A stretch of DNA of 63,889 nucleotides, counting the filler. It is 3 parts of 3 records of this genome, joined end to end, with 100 filler letters (N's around TTAATTAATTAA, not from the genome) between each part and the next. Parts side by side here need not be neighbours in the genome. Positions count along the whole stretch, not along the records: positions 1 to 31,995 come from SRR31156797_2247; 2 more parts are not named here. The stretch is one strand, 5' to 3'. Within the stretch, counting starts at the first letter, position 1, and each line of letters opens with the position of its first letter. A program made the translations under genes and the position numbers. The notes under the pieces are model-generated. The model ran no database searches. It was given only the letters and a program-made list of their open reading frames with translations, and was not told where the DNA came from. This document shows positions 19,343 to 30,300 of the stretch, piece by piece.

Positions 19343-20302
19343 TTAGTCCTGTTGAACCTTTACATCCAACACCATCACATAACTCATCCCGTCGTAATAT
19401 TCACTATTGGTTGGATGCAGTTCATTAATGCGCATTATGCCAAACATGTATGCATTAGCCGATCCAAAATCAGTTCGGAAACCAATGATATCTCCTACAC
19501 TTACCCCACTTAGCGAAGTAGATCCTTTTTTAACGCTCTGTTCTTCCACTAAAGATGAAAGACCAGCATTATTCAGCGCCTCAAATTCATCGGCACTCAA
19601 TCCTGAAATTTTCTTAAAAACAGTTTTGTTTTTGATATTCATCGAGGATGAAAAAGCACCATCGTAAGGAGCTGTCAATACTGCAGTTCCATCCTTAACT
19701 ACAAATACGATATCCAAAGCTTCCTGCACAGCCTGATTGACTGCGTTTAATTCCTGATAATCGGCAAGATTATGATACACCATTCCATCAACACTTGAGA
19801 AACCATCACACTCACTTTGTGATTTTGCATATAAGCTAATGTCATAATAACTTTGAATGGCAGGAACTGTAACCACTTTTTGGGTATCCCGTTTTACTCC
19901 TGTTTCATCAACCATGGTAAAAACCAAACGGGCATCAACAGTATCCTGAGACACCGTATAGTGATATACCAAATCGATGTTGTATGTACCCGGTTGAATA
20001 GTTCCGAAATCATGATTTACAAAAGGATCTACTGTTCCGGACGCCACTTTAAAACCACTTTCTTCTGTTCCGGCAACAGTAGGTGAAACAAAAACCGATT
20101 TAATAGGAGAATCAGCACTAACAGAAACGGTATAAGAAATTGTTTCGTTTTTAGCACCTCTGTCCGCAGTAATCAGCTCAACGTTTAATTCAGCGGTTGA
20201 TTCGCCATAATTAATTTCTATGCCATCCTCCACATTATTGCAGGCAATAAAAGATCCTGTCAATAGAATTAAGCTTAAAATGTGATAAACAATATTTTTC
20301 AT
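19343..20302 (-). CDS. Surface lipoprotein in the SusE position; start revised to MKNIV
   Basis: Lipobox-like SFIAC; directly downstream of susD. Confidence 0.75.
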   Translation of the reverse strand: MKNIVYHILSLILLTGSFIACNNVEDGIEINYGESTAELNVELITADRGAKNETISYTVSVSADSPIKSVFVSPTVAGTEESGFKVASGTVDPFVNHDFGTIQPGTYNIDLVYHYTVSQDTVDARLVFTMVDETGVKRDTQKVVTVPAIQSYYDISLYAKSQSECDGFSSVDGMVYHNLADYQELNAVNQAVQEALDIVFVVKDGTAVLTAPYDGAFSSSMNIKNKTVFKKISGLSADEFEALNNAGLSSLVEEQSVKKGSTSLSGVSVGDIIGFRTDFGSANAYMFGIMRINELHPTNSEYYDGMSYVMVLDVKVQQD

Positions 20303-20313
20303 TACTCTATATT

Positions 20314-22119
20314 TTATTCGTTTTTCCACCAAAACATGGTATTCCAATGTGCATCGTACCAACTTTTAAAAGCAGTACCGTATTCTGCATCTCCACTTTT
20401 AACCGGGTACTCAGATTTGTAGTTCGGCTCTTGAAAAACCGGCATCTGAAGCCAATCCTGACCTTTGGATTCCAATAACCACATCAGGGCTTCATTTCTG
20501 GTTTCCTGATCAGTGATTGGAATATCGAATCCATTGGCCTTGGCATCAGCAACATTATTAGCATTTAAGGACGCTTCTGAATTAGGGTAAGCCGCTCTGG
20601 AAGGAAACTTAGTTGCGCTTCCTGTTGCACTATAGGCCACAGAACCTGAAGATGCTCTCCACTCAGGAAGCATGGTTCTACGATGATCGAAATAAGGTTC
20701 ATAACATAAAAGGAAGCTGGCAATCCATTTTTGCTCAGCAATTAAGTTTAACGGGTCGCGACCTCCGGTATAAGCTACACTCTGCTGAGCCAGATACTCG
20801 TCTACTGAAGAGAATCCTTCTGTGGCAAATGCCCCCTCATAGGCTTCTGAATTAAAACTCACCTCGTATTGTTCAAATGAAGCATTCACTGCAGCATTAT
20901 AATATGTTTCCGCTGTTTCATTCGAAATCCAACCTTTTTCTGCTGCTTCTGCCAAAAAGAAAAGCATCTCTGAATAAGTAGCTAGATTCATTGGAACTCT
21001 TCCACTTTCATCTGTTGGGTTTCCTTTTTCATCAACAGATCTGAAATAGGATCCAAGTTTTGATGCATAATTGGAGCCGCTATTCCAGGCTGATGCATAA
21101 GCATTATCAGTTGTAATACCATAAATATGACCGGCATATTTGTCTGTTCCGGCATTTGAAGGCAAAACATTATTATTGGCATCATCATGTACCAATTTAA
21201 CCGGACGTGCATAAATAGGTAATCTTGGATCTTTTAATGAAACCAATCGCTCAATAAATACATTGCTAAAAGGAGCTTCATCAATTTTAGCAGAAGACAA
21301 CCAATAAAAACGTGCTTTTAAATCAACCCCATTATAATGAAAGCTGGCGTTATCACTATTGGATTCCATGACAGGATAGCTTCCTGGATTATTTAATATC
21401 TCATTCAATAAAGTGATTGCGGCTTCCTGATCAGCATCGCTCATATACATGGCATAACGAATCAATAAGGTATTAGCAAATTTTTGCCATCTGGCCATAT
21501 CTCCACTAAAAATCAAATCCGTTTCGCTATCAACCTGCTCAGTTGGGTCAATCGCTTTACCCGCTTCTTTGAGCTTTTCAATTAAAGTGCGATAAATCTC
21601 TTCCTGATTATCATACTTCGGCGTTAGTGGAGCATCCTCCATAATCGATTCCGAATATGGAATGTCGCCATACATTAAAGTCAGGTTAAAAAAGTTGTAA
21701 CACTCCCAAATAGTAGCAATAGATTGATAAGCCGCATCTTCATTATCAATGGCTGCACTCCGCATGCTGCTAATAAATCTAACGGCTGCATATCCTGAAT
21801 TCCAGGGACCTCCATGTGGAGCATCGTCAAATGCATGCCAGGCCTGATGTCTGTTTCCCTGACTTAAGCTAATCGTTTTACCATGATATTCACATACGGC
21901 AGGGCAAACATTCCAGTATATGTAATCCCATCCACGCACTACATAGTTCAACATATCCACCATAAACTCACTGGGCTCATACTCATAATCTGTTGTTGAT
22001 TCTCCTCCTTCTGATGTAATATTAGGGTCAACATTTAAATCACTTTCCCATGTGTCGCAACCTGAAGAATAAAACAGGATACACACTAAAAATATATTAA
22101 TGAATCTTTTCATTTTCAT
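20314..22119 (-). CDS. susD: SusD/RagB family lipoprotein
   Basis: SSGC lipobox, YGDIPYSE, PKYDNQEEIY, WQKFANTL, DPRL, QKWIA. Confidence 0.93.
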   Translation of the reverse strand: MKMKRFINIFLVCILFYSSGCDTWESDLNVDPNITSEGGESTTDYEYEPSEFMVDMLNYVVRGWDYIYWNVCPAVCEYHGKTISLSQGNRHQAWHAFDDAPHGGPWNSGYAAVRFISSMRSAAIDNEDAAYQSIATIWECYNFFNLTLMYGDIPYSESIMEDAPLTPKYDNQEEIYRTLIEKLKEAGKAIDPTEQVDSETDLIFSGDMARWQKFANTLLIRYAMYMSDADQEAAITLLNEILNNPGSYPVMESNSDNASFHYNGVDLKARFYWLSSAKIDEAPFSNVFIERLVSLKDPRLPIYARPVKLVHDDANNNVLPSNAGTDKYAGHIYGITTDNAYASAWNSGSNYASKLGSYFRSVDEKGNPTDESGRVPMNLATYSEMLFFLAEAAEKGWISNETAETYYNAAVNASFEQYEVSFNSEAYEGAFATEGFSSVDEYLAQQSVAYTGGRDPLNLIAEQKWIASFLLCYEPYFDHRRTMLPEWRASSGSVAYSATGSATKFPSRAAYPNSEASLNANNVADAKANGFDIPITDQETRNEALMWLLESKGQDWLQMPVFQEPNYKSEYPVKSGDAEYGTAFKSWYDAHWNTMFWWKNE

Positions 22120-25100
22120 TTAAAATTTACAGTTTAACGTAAAACCATAGCTGCGTACAGAAGGTACTTTAGCGTTTGCATAACCCGGCACTTTTATTTG
22201 ACCACCAAAAACATTTCTTTCGCTGGCGACGCCAAAGGTTTCCGGATCGATGTGTTTCACTTTCGACCAGACGGCGAGGTTTCTACCTACTACCGAAAGT
22301 GTAAGTGAGTTCATAAAAGTTTTATCCATCCATTTTTTAGGAAGGTTATAGGACAAGCGTAATTCGCGAAGCTTTAAGTAAGTATCATCAATCAATACAT
22401 TTTCAGGAACTGTTTCTTCCATTTGTGTTTCCCAATAGGCTTTTCCTGACTGTCCTCCTCCGGGAATATTATCGGACGTTAACCATTGGTAGCTTCCATC
22501 TTCAGCCAGAAACACTCCATGAGGAACCAGTCCTTCCCGATCATTTAAAACAGTTGCTTCCGACAAACCTAAAAAGTTAAGTTTGCGCTCTATCTCATTG
22601 TAGATTAAACCCCCATATCGAAAATCGAGTAGAAATGAAAGACTTAAATTATCGTAAGTGAAATTATTATTCAATGAGGTCATCCAATCGGGATTATAAT
22701 TTCCCAACACCTGCTCTTCCGAAAGCATTGTATCACCAGTTGGCGTATACAAACGTTCTCCATTAGGTGCCTTTTGATAAGACTTACCAAAGAAAGCACC
22801 TCTTCGTTCACCCTGAATATCGATTACCGCCAAGTGCGTGTTTACTAATCTTGCATATTGTGCCTCCGGATCATCTTTTACAAGCTCGTTCACAAACGCT
22901 CTATCCAAAGACCAGTTGGCCAGTAAATCCCAAGTAAAGTGATTGTTCTTAACAGGTGTTGCGTTTAAAGAAATTTCTAATCCTTTATTTTCAACTTCTC
23001 CTGTATTAATGGCTTTAAAGTTCTTTCCTCCGCTAGTCACTGTCTTTTTTAAGGTAATTATCTGATTAACAGTGGAACTATAATAACCTGTTATATCAAT
23101 TCCTAGTCGGTTATTTAAAAATCGAACATCAAGCCCTATTTCATAACCTGTGGTTTTTTCTGGTTTTAAATTCGGGTCTGTTTCTATGTCAACAGGCGAT
23201 ACAGATGGAACCCCATCTGTATAGGTATATTCGAATTTATCTTCAACGGTAAAGTATGGACTTGGAATATCATTACCTACTTGCGCCATACTCGCCCTAA
23301 GTTTCATATATGAAATTGCTTTGGGAAGGTTGACTATTTCAGAAACAATAGCAGAAGCTACTACTGATGGGTATATAAAATGGTTATTTGTTGGAATAAG
23401 TGTAGAAGACCAATCGTCGCGGCGTGTGATATCCAGAAATAGTTTTCCTTTATAGTCCAGATTGATAAAACCATATAAACTATTTCTTTCCAGAGCTGAG
23501 TTGTATTCATTCAAATAACCCAATGCTGTTTTGCGGTTATTCAAATTATATACGCCTGTTTGATTTAAGTAAGATGTGCTACCTTCCAGTTTGTTATATT
23601 CTTGTCTGAAATGCGTACCTCCAATTGATGCCTTTATATTTAAATTCTTCCAATCGGTTTGATACGATGCCAGAAATTCAGCCGTATTATCCCATGAATT
23701 GGCAAATCCTTTCAAATAATAGCCATAACCATCTTCCAGACCTAAAGTACTTTTGGCCTTCTTATTTTCGTATTGATTATTGATGTAATTGGCACCATAT
23801 CGTCCAAGAAGGCTGAAATGATCATTGATTTCCCAGTTTAAAGTTGCATTGGCGACCACCTTATTATCAATATACGAATCAGTATTTTCGTATAATTCAA
23901 AATAAGGATTATTGGCACTTTTGCGATAGTTCAATTGCTGTTCGCCTTCCATTCCTGGCACCCAGTAATCCTTGAGTGCAGCAATATCAACATTCCGCTG
24001 AATAAAACGTACATCCACTTCTTTGCGGTTGGCGCAGTTGGTCCGGATAAAGTTAATATTTGATGAAACGGTTAATCCTTTGGTAATTTTAAATGACCCA
24101 TTTAATCCCAGATTATTTTTATTTAAACCATTATTGGGCATGATTCCTTTTTGATCAGTATGGGTGTATGAAAAACGATAATTTCCCTTTTCAGTATTAC
24201 TTGCAACATATGCGTTGTTTACCATGATATGTCCTACTTCATAGAAATCTTTGACATTATCCGGATAGGCTACCCATGCCTTTTCTCCATTAAATTGGGA
24301 GCGAAATTCTCCATCAAATGCTGGCCCCCAATTATATCTTACATCATCAAAATAAGGATCATCACCAGTTGCACCATTGTAATAACTATACTCTCCATTT
24401 AGTCCCATCCCATATTTATTTTGATATTCGGGAAGCACTAAAGGGGTTTGAAAGGTTACACTTGAATTCACTCCTACTTCAATACCATCGGTACCTTTAC
24501 CCGATTTTGAAGTAATAATAACAACACCTCCTCCGGCTTTAGCCCCGTATAATGCTGCGGCCGCCGGGCCTTTTAAAACCGAAATGCTTTCAATATCATC
24601 CGGTGCAATATCATTAGGATTTCCTACAATGCCATTTATGATATATAAAGGATCATTGTTTCCGGCCAAAGAAGTTTCACCTCGAATCACAACACGCGAA
24701 CCGCCACCTCCAATAGCTCCACTGGATTGAATAATATTCACACCCGAAACTTTACCGGAAAGCGCATTCATAATATCCGGCTCTTTCACCTGAGCCACAT
24801 CATCTCCCTTTACATTTTGTACAGCATAGCCCAGTGCCTTTTCAGAACGTTTGATGCCCAGTGCAGTTACCACAACTCCTTCTAAAAGTTTGATATCAGG
24901 GACTAATTGTACATCAATGACTTTACGACCAATTACTGCTACTTCTTGTGTTGTAAATCCAATAAAAGAAAATACCAGCACATCATTTTCTCCGGGAACT
25001 TCGATGCTATACTCACCCATAACATTGGTAACAGTACCTATAGTTGTACCCTTAACCATTATAGAAACACCGATTAATTCCTCAAATGTATCAGACGCAA

Positions 25101-25179
25101 TCACCTTTCCTGTAATTGTTTTTGCAGAAGAAAACTGCCACAGGATTAATCCGATAATAATTAAAAGAATCTTTCTCAT
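22120..25179 (-). CDS. susC: SusC/RagA TonB-dependent transporter
   Basis: VVVTALGIKR, DIESISVLKGPAAAALYG, LKPEKT, C-terminal Phe. Confidence 0.97.
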   Translation of the reverse strand: MRKILLIIIGLILWQFSSAKTITGKVIASDTFEELIGVSIMVKGTTIGTVTNVMGEYSIEVPGENDVLVFSFIGFTTQEVAVIGRKVIDVQLVPDIKLLEGVVVTALGIKRSEKALGYAVQNVKGDDVAQVKEPDIMNALSGKVSGVNIIQSSGAIGGGGSRVVIRGETSLAGNNDPLYIINGIVGNPNDIAPDDIESISVLKGPAAAALYGAKAGGGVVIITSKSGKGTDGIEVGVNSSVTFQTPLVLPEYQNKYGMGLNGEYSYYNGATGDDPYFDDVRYNWGPAFDGEFRSQFNGEKAWVAYPDNVKDFYEVGHIMVNNAYVASNTEKGNYRFSYTHTDQKGIMPNNGLNKNNLGLNGSFKITKGLTVSSNINFIRTNCANRKEVDVRFIQRNVDIAALKDYWVPGMEGEQQLNYRKSANNPYFELYENTDSYIDNKVVANATLNWEINDHFSLLGRYGANYINNQYENKKAKSTLGLEDGYGYYLKGFANSWDNTAEFLASYQTDWKNLNIKASIGGTHFRQEYNKLEGSTSYLNQTGVYNLNNRKTALGYLNEYNSALERNSLYGFINLDYKGKLFLDITRRDDWSSTLIPTNNHFIYPSVVASAIVSEIVNLPKAISYMKLRASMAQVGNDIPSPYFTVEDKFEYTYTDGVPSVSPVDIETDPNLKPEKTTGYEIGLDVRFLNNRLGIDITGYYSSTVNQIITLKKTVTSGGKNFKAINTGEVENKGLEISLNATPVKNNHFTWDLLANWSLDRAFVNELVKDDPEAQYARLVNTHLAVIDIQGERRGAFFGKSYQKAPNGERLYTPTGDTMLSEEQVLGNYNPDWMTSLNNNFTYDNLSLSFLLDFRYGGLIYNEIERKLNFLGLSEATVLNDREGLVPHGVFLAEDGSYQWLTSDNIPGGGQSGKAYWETQMEETVPENVLIDDTYLKLRELRLSYNLPKKWMDKTFMNSLTLSVVGRNLAVWSKVKHIDPETFGVASERNVFGGQIKVPGYANAKVPSVRSYGFTLNCKF

Positions 25180-25226
25180 TATTTATTTATTGCTTATTTA
25201 ATACGTCTCTTTCTAGCTCTCAAACC

Positions 25227-26882
25227 TTATTTTTTCCAAAGCGATTCAATAGGTTGGCCGATTGTAGCATTGGGAAATTTAATTTTGAGCAGTAAGCTGA
25301 TAGTTGGTGCCACATCGGTGATGTCATATGCTTTAAAATCTTCACCAGCTTGTATACCCTGTCCGTAAAAGATGAGTGGCACATGCGTATCATAACAGTA
25401 TTGTGTCCCATGATCCGCTGCCGCTTTGGGATGTCCTGTTGCCCAACCAGGTTCAAACGTTAGTATAATTTCGCCCGACCGTTTGGGATTAAAACCCATT
25501 TGTATATGTCGGGCTCCCCGCAACTGATATTCATTTTCCATGAGTTGAAAACTGGAAAAAGCTTGAAAAACACCTTCCATATCATTTAGTAAATAGGTAG
25601 CATATGAAGTTGCTTTTTCCAGATCCACATCATGTTTAATAAAGAGTTGCTTTTGTAAATAAATAATATGGTTTCGATGATATTCAATCCAGTCTTCTGC
25701 ACCATATTTTTCATCGAATAATGAATCCACCAAAGCAGCAGCTTCTTCCATTTTGAAACTTCCTGCAGGAATATTACGATCCTGCATATCTTCAATAACC
25801 TCTCCTACAGCATGATCTGCTGTTAGCATTAAGGTATATGCACCCTTTCCTACCTTTTCATCCAACGCAGCAATTATCCTTGCTAAATCTTTATCTAGTC
25901 TTACATAAGTATCTTCAATTTCTTTAGATTGTGGCCCCCATAAATGACCGATAGCATCGGTACTGGAAAAACTTATCATGAGTAAATCTGTAATATCATC
26001 TTTCCCAAAGTCTATATGATTGATCGTTTCTAAAACCATATCGGCCACAATGGTATTTCCCCAAGGCGTATGAATCAGCAGATCGTATGGGTTATGCTTT
26101 TTACCTATCTTTTTTAAATCATATGGAAAAACAGCTTTATCAACACCTTCCAATACATGATCGGGAAATTCATATGGATTTTCATCCTCAGCACTGTCGT
26201 CATATTGATCTTTCGATAACAGTAAATCCCATTCTTTTTTCATGTAATCATCGGCTCGTTTCTTCGCATTAAATTCGATAAGCCAATGAGGAAGCTCATT
26301 AGTATAATAGGTAGATGTGATAAACCTACCACTTGCATTATCGTACCAAAATGCACCGTCACAACAATGTCCTCCAGGCAGAATAGATGCTCTGTCCTTT
26401 AATGAAATAGAATAACTTAAAGCTCTTTTTTGAGTAAAAATTTCTAATTCATCCGCTAATGTGGATGCCATAAGTAAATGAGGTGATCTTAATCCATTTA
26501 TGCTGGTCGATCCCACTCCATTTACCATAGAATCTTCCACACAATAGATACTTCTTTTTTTATGTCGATCGTACCAGCTGTTGCCAATTACACCGTGATA
26601 ACGAGGAGTTGTACCGGTATATATGGTAGAATGACCTGGACCTGTAAAGGTGGGTACATAATTATATTGCACATTTCTACATACAAGACCTTCATTCAGT
26701 AACTTTTTAAACCCATTTTCTCCGTACTGATCATAAAAACGATATAAATATTCATCTCTCATTTGATCCACCACAATGGTGACCATTAATTTTGTTTTTT
26801 CGTTTTTAGATTGAGCTTTTATGTATGAAACAAATGCCCACATACTCATCATCACTACCAATAATACACGCTTACAATTCAT
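25227..26882 (-). CDS. pafA: PafA-type alkaline phosphatase
   Basis: IVVDQMR, TFTGPGHSTIYTG (Thr nucleophile), SLKDRASILPGGH, DAIGH, LTADH, DHG. Confidence 0.9.
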   Translation of the reverse strand: MNCKRVLLVVMMSMWAFVSYIKAQSKNEKTKLMVTIVVDQMRDEYLYRFYDQYGENGFKKLLNEGLVCRNVQYNYVPTFTGPGHSTIYTGTTPRYHGVIGNSWYDRHKKRSIYCVEDSMVNGVGSTSINGLRSPHLLMASTLADELEIFTQKRALSYSISLKDRASILPGGHCCDGAFWYDNASGRFITSTYYTNELPHWLIEFNAKKRADDYMKKEWDLLLSKDQYDDSAEDENPYEFPDHVLEGVDKAVFPYDLKKIGKKHNPYDLLIHTPWGNTIVADMVLETINHIDFGKDDITDLLMISFSSTDAIGHLWGPQSKEIEDTYVRLDKDLARIIAALDEKVGKGAYTLMLTADHAVGEVIEDMQDRNIPAGSFKMEEAAALVDSLFDEKYGAEDWIEYHRNHIIYLQKQLFIKHDVDLEKATSYATYLLNDMEGVFQAFSSFQLMENEYQLRGARHIQMGFNPKRSGEIILTFEPGWATGHPKAAADHGTQYCYDTHVPLIFYGQGIQAGEDFKAYDITDVAPTISLLLKIKFPNATIGQPIESLWKK

Positions 26883-27359
26883 TTGTATTTTTTTATCGTT
26901 TGTCTGATCATATCAATTCATTTAAAGGCTGCTTATGCCTTATAAATTCATGATCTGGTTTGCGATGATAAATGTATTTCGAAGCCTTTAGAGAGGTTGT
27001 AAACGTGTAAAAAAAGGATAATACATTTGTGTTTTTACATGCCACAAATGTTTAAAATCATAGTAATATCGTTGAATTAAACATGCGATAATGTACAGCT
27101 AAGTCTTGTTTAATCTGTAGATGTAGCAGTATGAATCAGCATTAATAGAAAAAGGTATTGACATGGTAGCTAAGAATGAACAAAGAAAAACTAAGGTGCT
27201 GTTCTTTAAATATAGAAGAACGTATAGTAAGCTTTGAGGAAATCAGCACTAATCCATAACTTAAAAAGTCAACAAAAGAGATTATCAAGCTAAAATTGCA
27301 GTAAAATAGAAATGGCACTCATATGTCTTTTTACTTTATATACCTTTTAAAGCAAATTG

Positions 27360-30300
27360 TTAAACTGTCATTTGTTGCTCCATAAATTCTTTAGGAGTAA
27401 TGCCATATTTATTTTTAAAGCATTTAATAAAGTAAGACGGAGAATTAAACCCCGATTGATAAGCAATTTCGAGTACAGAGTATTTTCTTTGGTTGAGTAA
27501 TGTTGTAGCATGTTGAATTCGTCGGGAACGAATATACTCAGAGGCAGACTGCCCCGAAAATGTTTTTATTTTATTATGCAGAGAGCTTCGGCTTATACCT
27601 AATCCACTGCTGAGGGATTCAACATTTAAAGAAACGTTAGATAAGTTTTTGTCTACAAAATCATTTAAGCGATTAATAAATTCACTATCGATAGGATCCA
27701 TAACCGGAATAGGTTCTTCCGGATCAATCAGTTTACCGTCCACAAACGATTCACGGAGTTTTTCTCTGGACTTAATAAGGCGTTTTACACTTTCTACAAG
27801 CATCCTAACATTAAAAGGCTTTTCAATATATTCATCAACCAACGCTTTATAACTTTCCAGTTTAAACTCATCCGAAGACCTTGCTGTTAGTAATATGATA
27901 GGGATATGACAAGTTCTTAAATCATTCTTTAAACGCTTACATAATTCAATACCTGTCATGCCCGGCATAGCGATATCCGAAATAACAATATCCGGTTTTT
28001 TAGCAAATACCAGTTCTACACCTGTTTTACCATCTGAAGCTGTAAATACATCGTAGTGGCTTTCGAATATACCTTTGATATAAGCCAGCAGTTCTTTATT
28101 ATCATCCAGTAAAAGAATCTTTTTACCACCCGATATTTCGTTATTTTCAACATCAACTGGTTCATGATTTAATACCAATGGCACACTTGATTTTTTATTT
28201 TCACCATTTTCTGGTAAAACATCTATAATTTGACCTTCCTGTTGGATTGGAAAACGAAGTGTAAACAAACTTCCCTTCCGGTCGTGACTTCTTACTAAAA
28301 TTTGTCCCTTATGCAATAATACCAATTCCTTTAATAAAGATAAACCTACACCAGAGCCATAAATACCAGCAGTACGAGGATTATCAACCCGATAAAAACG
28401 TTTGAATATTTTATGAATAAGTTCCGGGTCAATCCCAATTCCATTGTCCTCAACAGAGACTTCAAAATGAGGTTCCGATACTTGCTCTCCAATGGTAAAC
28501 GAATATTCCGATTCTGGATAGTAACCCCCCTTGCTTATTTTAACCATTACATATCCCAACGATTTATGGGTAAATTTAAAAGCATTAGACAAGAGGTTAT
28601 AAAGCATTCGCTCAAACATTTGCACATCCAATACTACATTTATCTCATCGTCCTCGAAATCGCTTATTAATTGAATGTTTTTCTGTATTGCTTCATTTTG
28701 AAACTGGTTAACCACCTTTTTCACAAAACTAATTACATCTAGTTGAGTAAGGCGCAATTGTTGCTTTCCACTCTCCAACTTACGCAACTCCAATACCTGG
28801 TTACTTAAATCCAGGAGCTTGCGCGCATTATTTCCAATAATTTTAAACTGTTGATAAAAATCCTTAATTGGAGTGTTTAACGGGGCATCCATTATCTTTT
28901 CCAATGGAGCCATAATTAAGCTTAATGGGGTCCGGAACTCATGGGAAATATTCGTAAAGAAATTCATTTTAGCCAGATTTAGCTGTTCCGCTTTCTCCAC
29001 TTTTATTTTTTCCAGTACCAATGCATTTTTTAATGCTGCTTTTTTTAGGGTATAATGTCTGTATATCAATAATAACAAAATTACAACCAGCACATATCCA
29101 ACAAATGCCCACCAGCTTAACCAGTATGGCGGAAGTACTTTCAGTTTTAAACAGTAGGATTGTTCACTCCAAACATGATCGCTGTTGGCACCTTGTACCT
29201 CAAAAATATATTCTCCTGGCCATAGGTTGGTATAAGTTGCCGAACGTTTTAAAGCATTGGTATACATCCATTCTTTATCAAAACCATTTAATTTGTAGCG
29301 ATAAATATTTTTCTCCGGTGTAGAAAAATGCAATGCCGAAAATTCAAACGTTACAATTTTATCCTGGGGAGAAAGTGTTAGAGCAGCTTGCAGCGAATGA
29401 TTCTTCTCGTATGGATTATTTATTTGGTACTGATCTCCGGACTCAATAATTTTATTCATAATACGAACTGAATTTACAACCGCATTAGGTGCCAATTCAT
29501 TCTTTTTTATACTATCCGGATGAAATATCTGGAAACCGTTTATGCCACCTACAATAAACTCCTGACTTATTTTACTTTTATAAAAACCTCCTTCAGCATA
29601 TTCATTGGTAATTAAACCATCTTTTACATCATAGTTTGTAAATTTATTCTGCGCAAAATCGTATTTACTTATTCCGTTGGTTGTGGTAAACCATAAGTTT
29701 TCATGAGCATCTTCTAAAATGCCATATATCATATTCCCACATAATCCATCATTCCTGTAAAAGTGTTGAAAGCTTCCGTTTTTTCTTGTAAACAGATCCA
29801 AACCATTAAAGGTGGCAATCCATATTTGCTTATCGTTCTGCTCGTAAATATCAAATACATTCTCGCAAACCAGATTATGTTCTGATTTTCCAGGATAATA
29901 TCTTTCGAAGCTTTCGTTTACGGCATTAAATTGAATCATCCCTCCATATTCACAGCCAACCCAAATGGTGTTTTTACTATCAATAAAAACCTTTCTAATG
30001 TTTTTTACACCAAAAAAGGAAGCCGGGTAATGACGATAAATTCCTGTTTTAACATTATAACATGTTAGTGCATCCCAGGCGGCCATCCAAATGTTATCAA
30101 AAACATCTCCACTTATCCCATATATCCTTTTACCATGTAACTTATTCGAGGAATAAGGTTTATTGTGTGAAAGGGTTTGCGATTCAACAGGCAAAGAGGA
30201 AATATGAACGCCATCAATTAGTGTAACTCCATTATAACTACCCACCCATACCCGATTTTGAAAATCAGTATATAGACTCCTGATTTTATTATCGAGTGCT

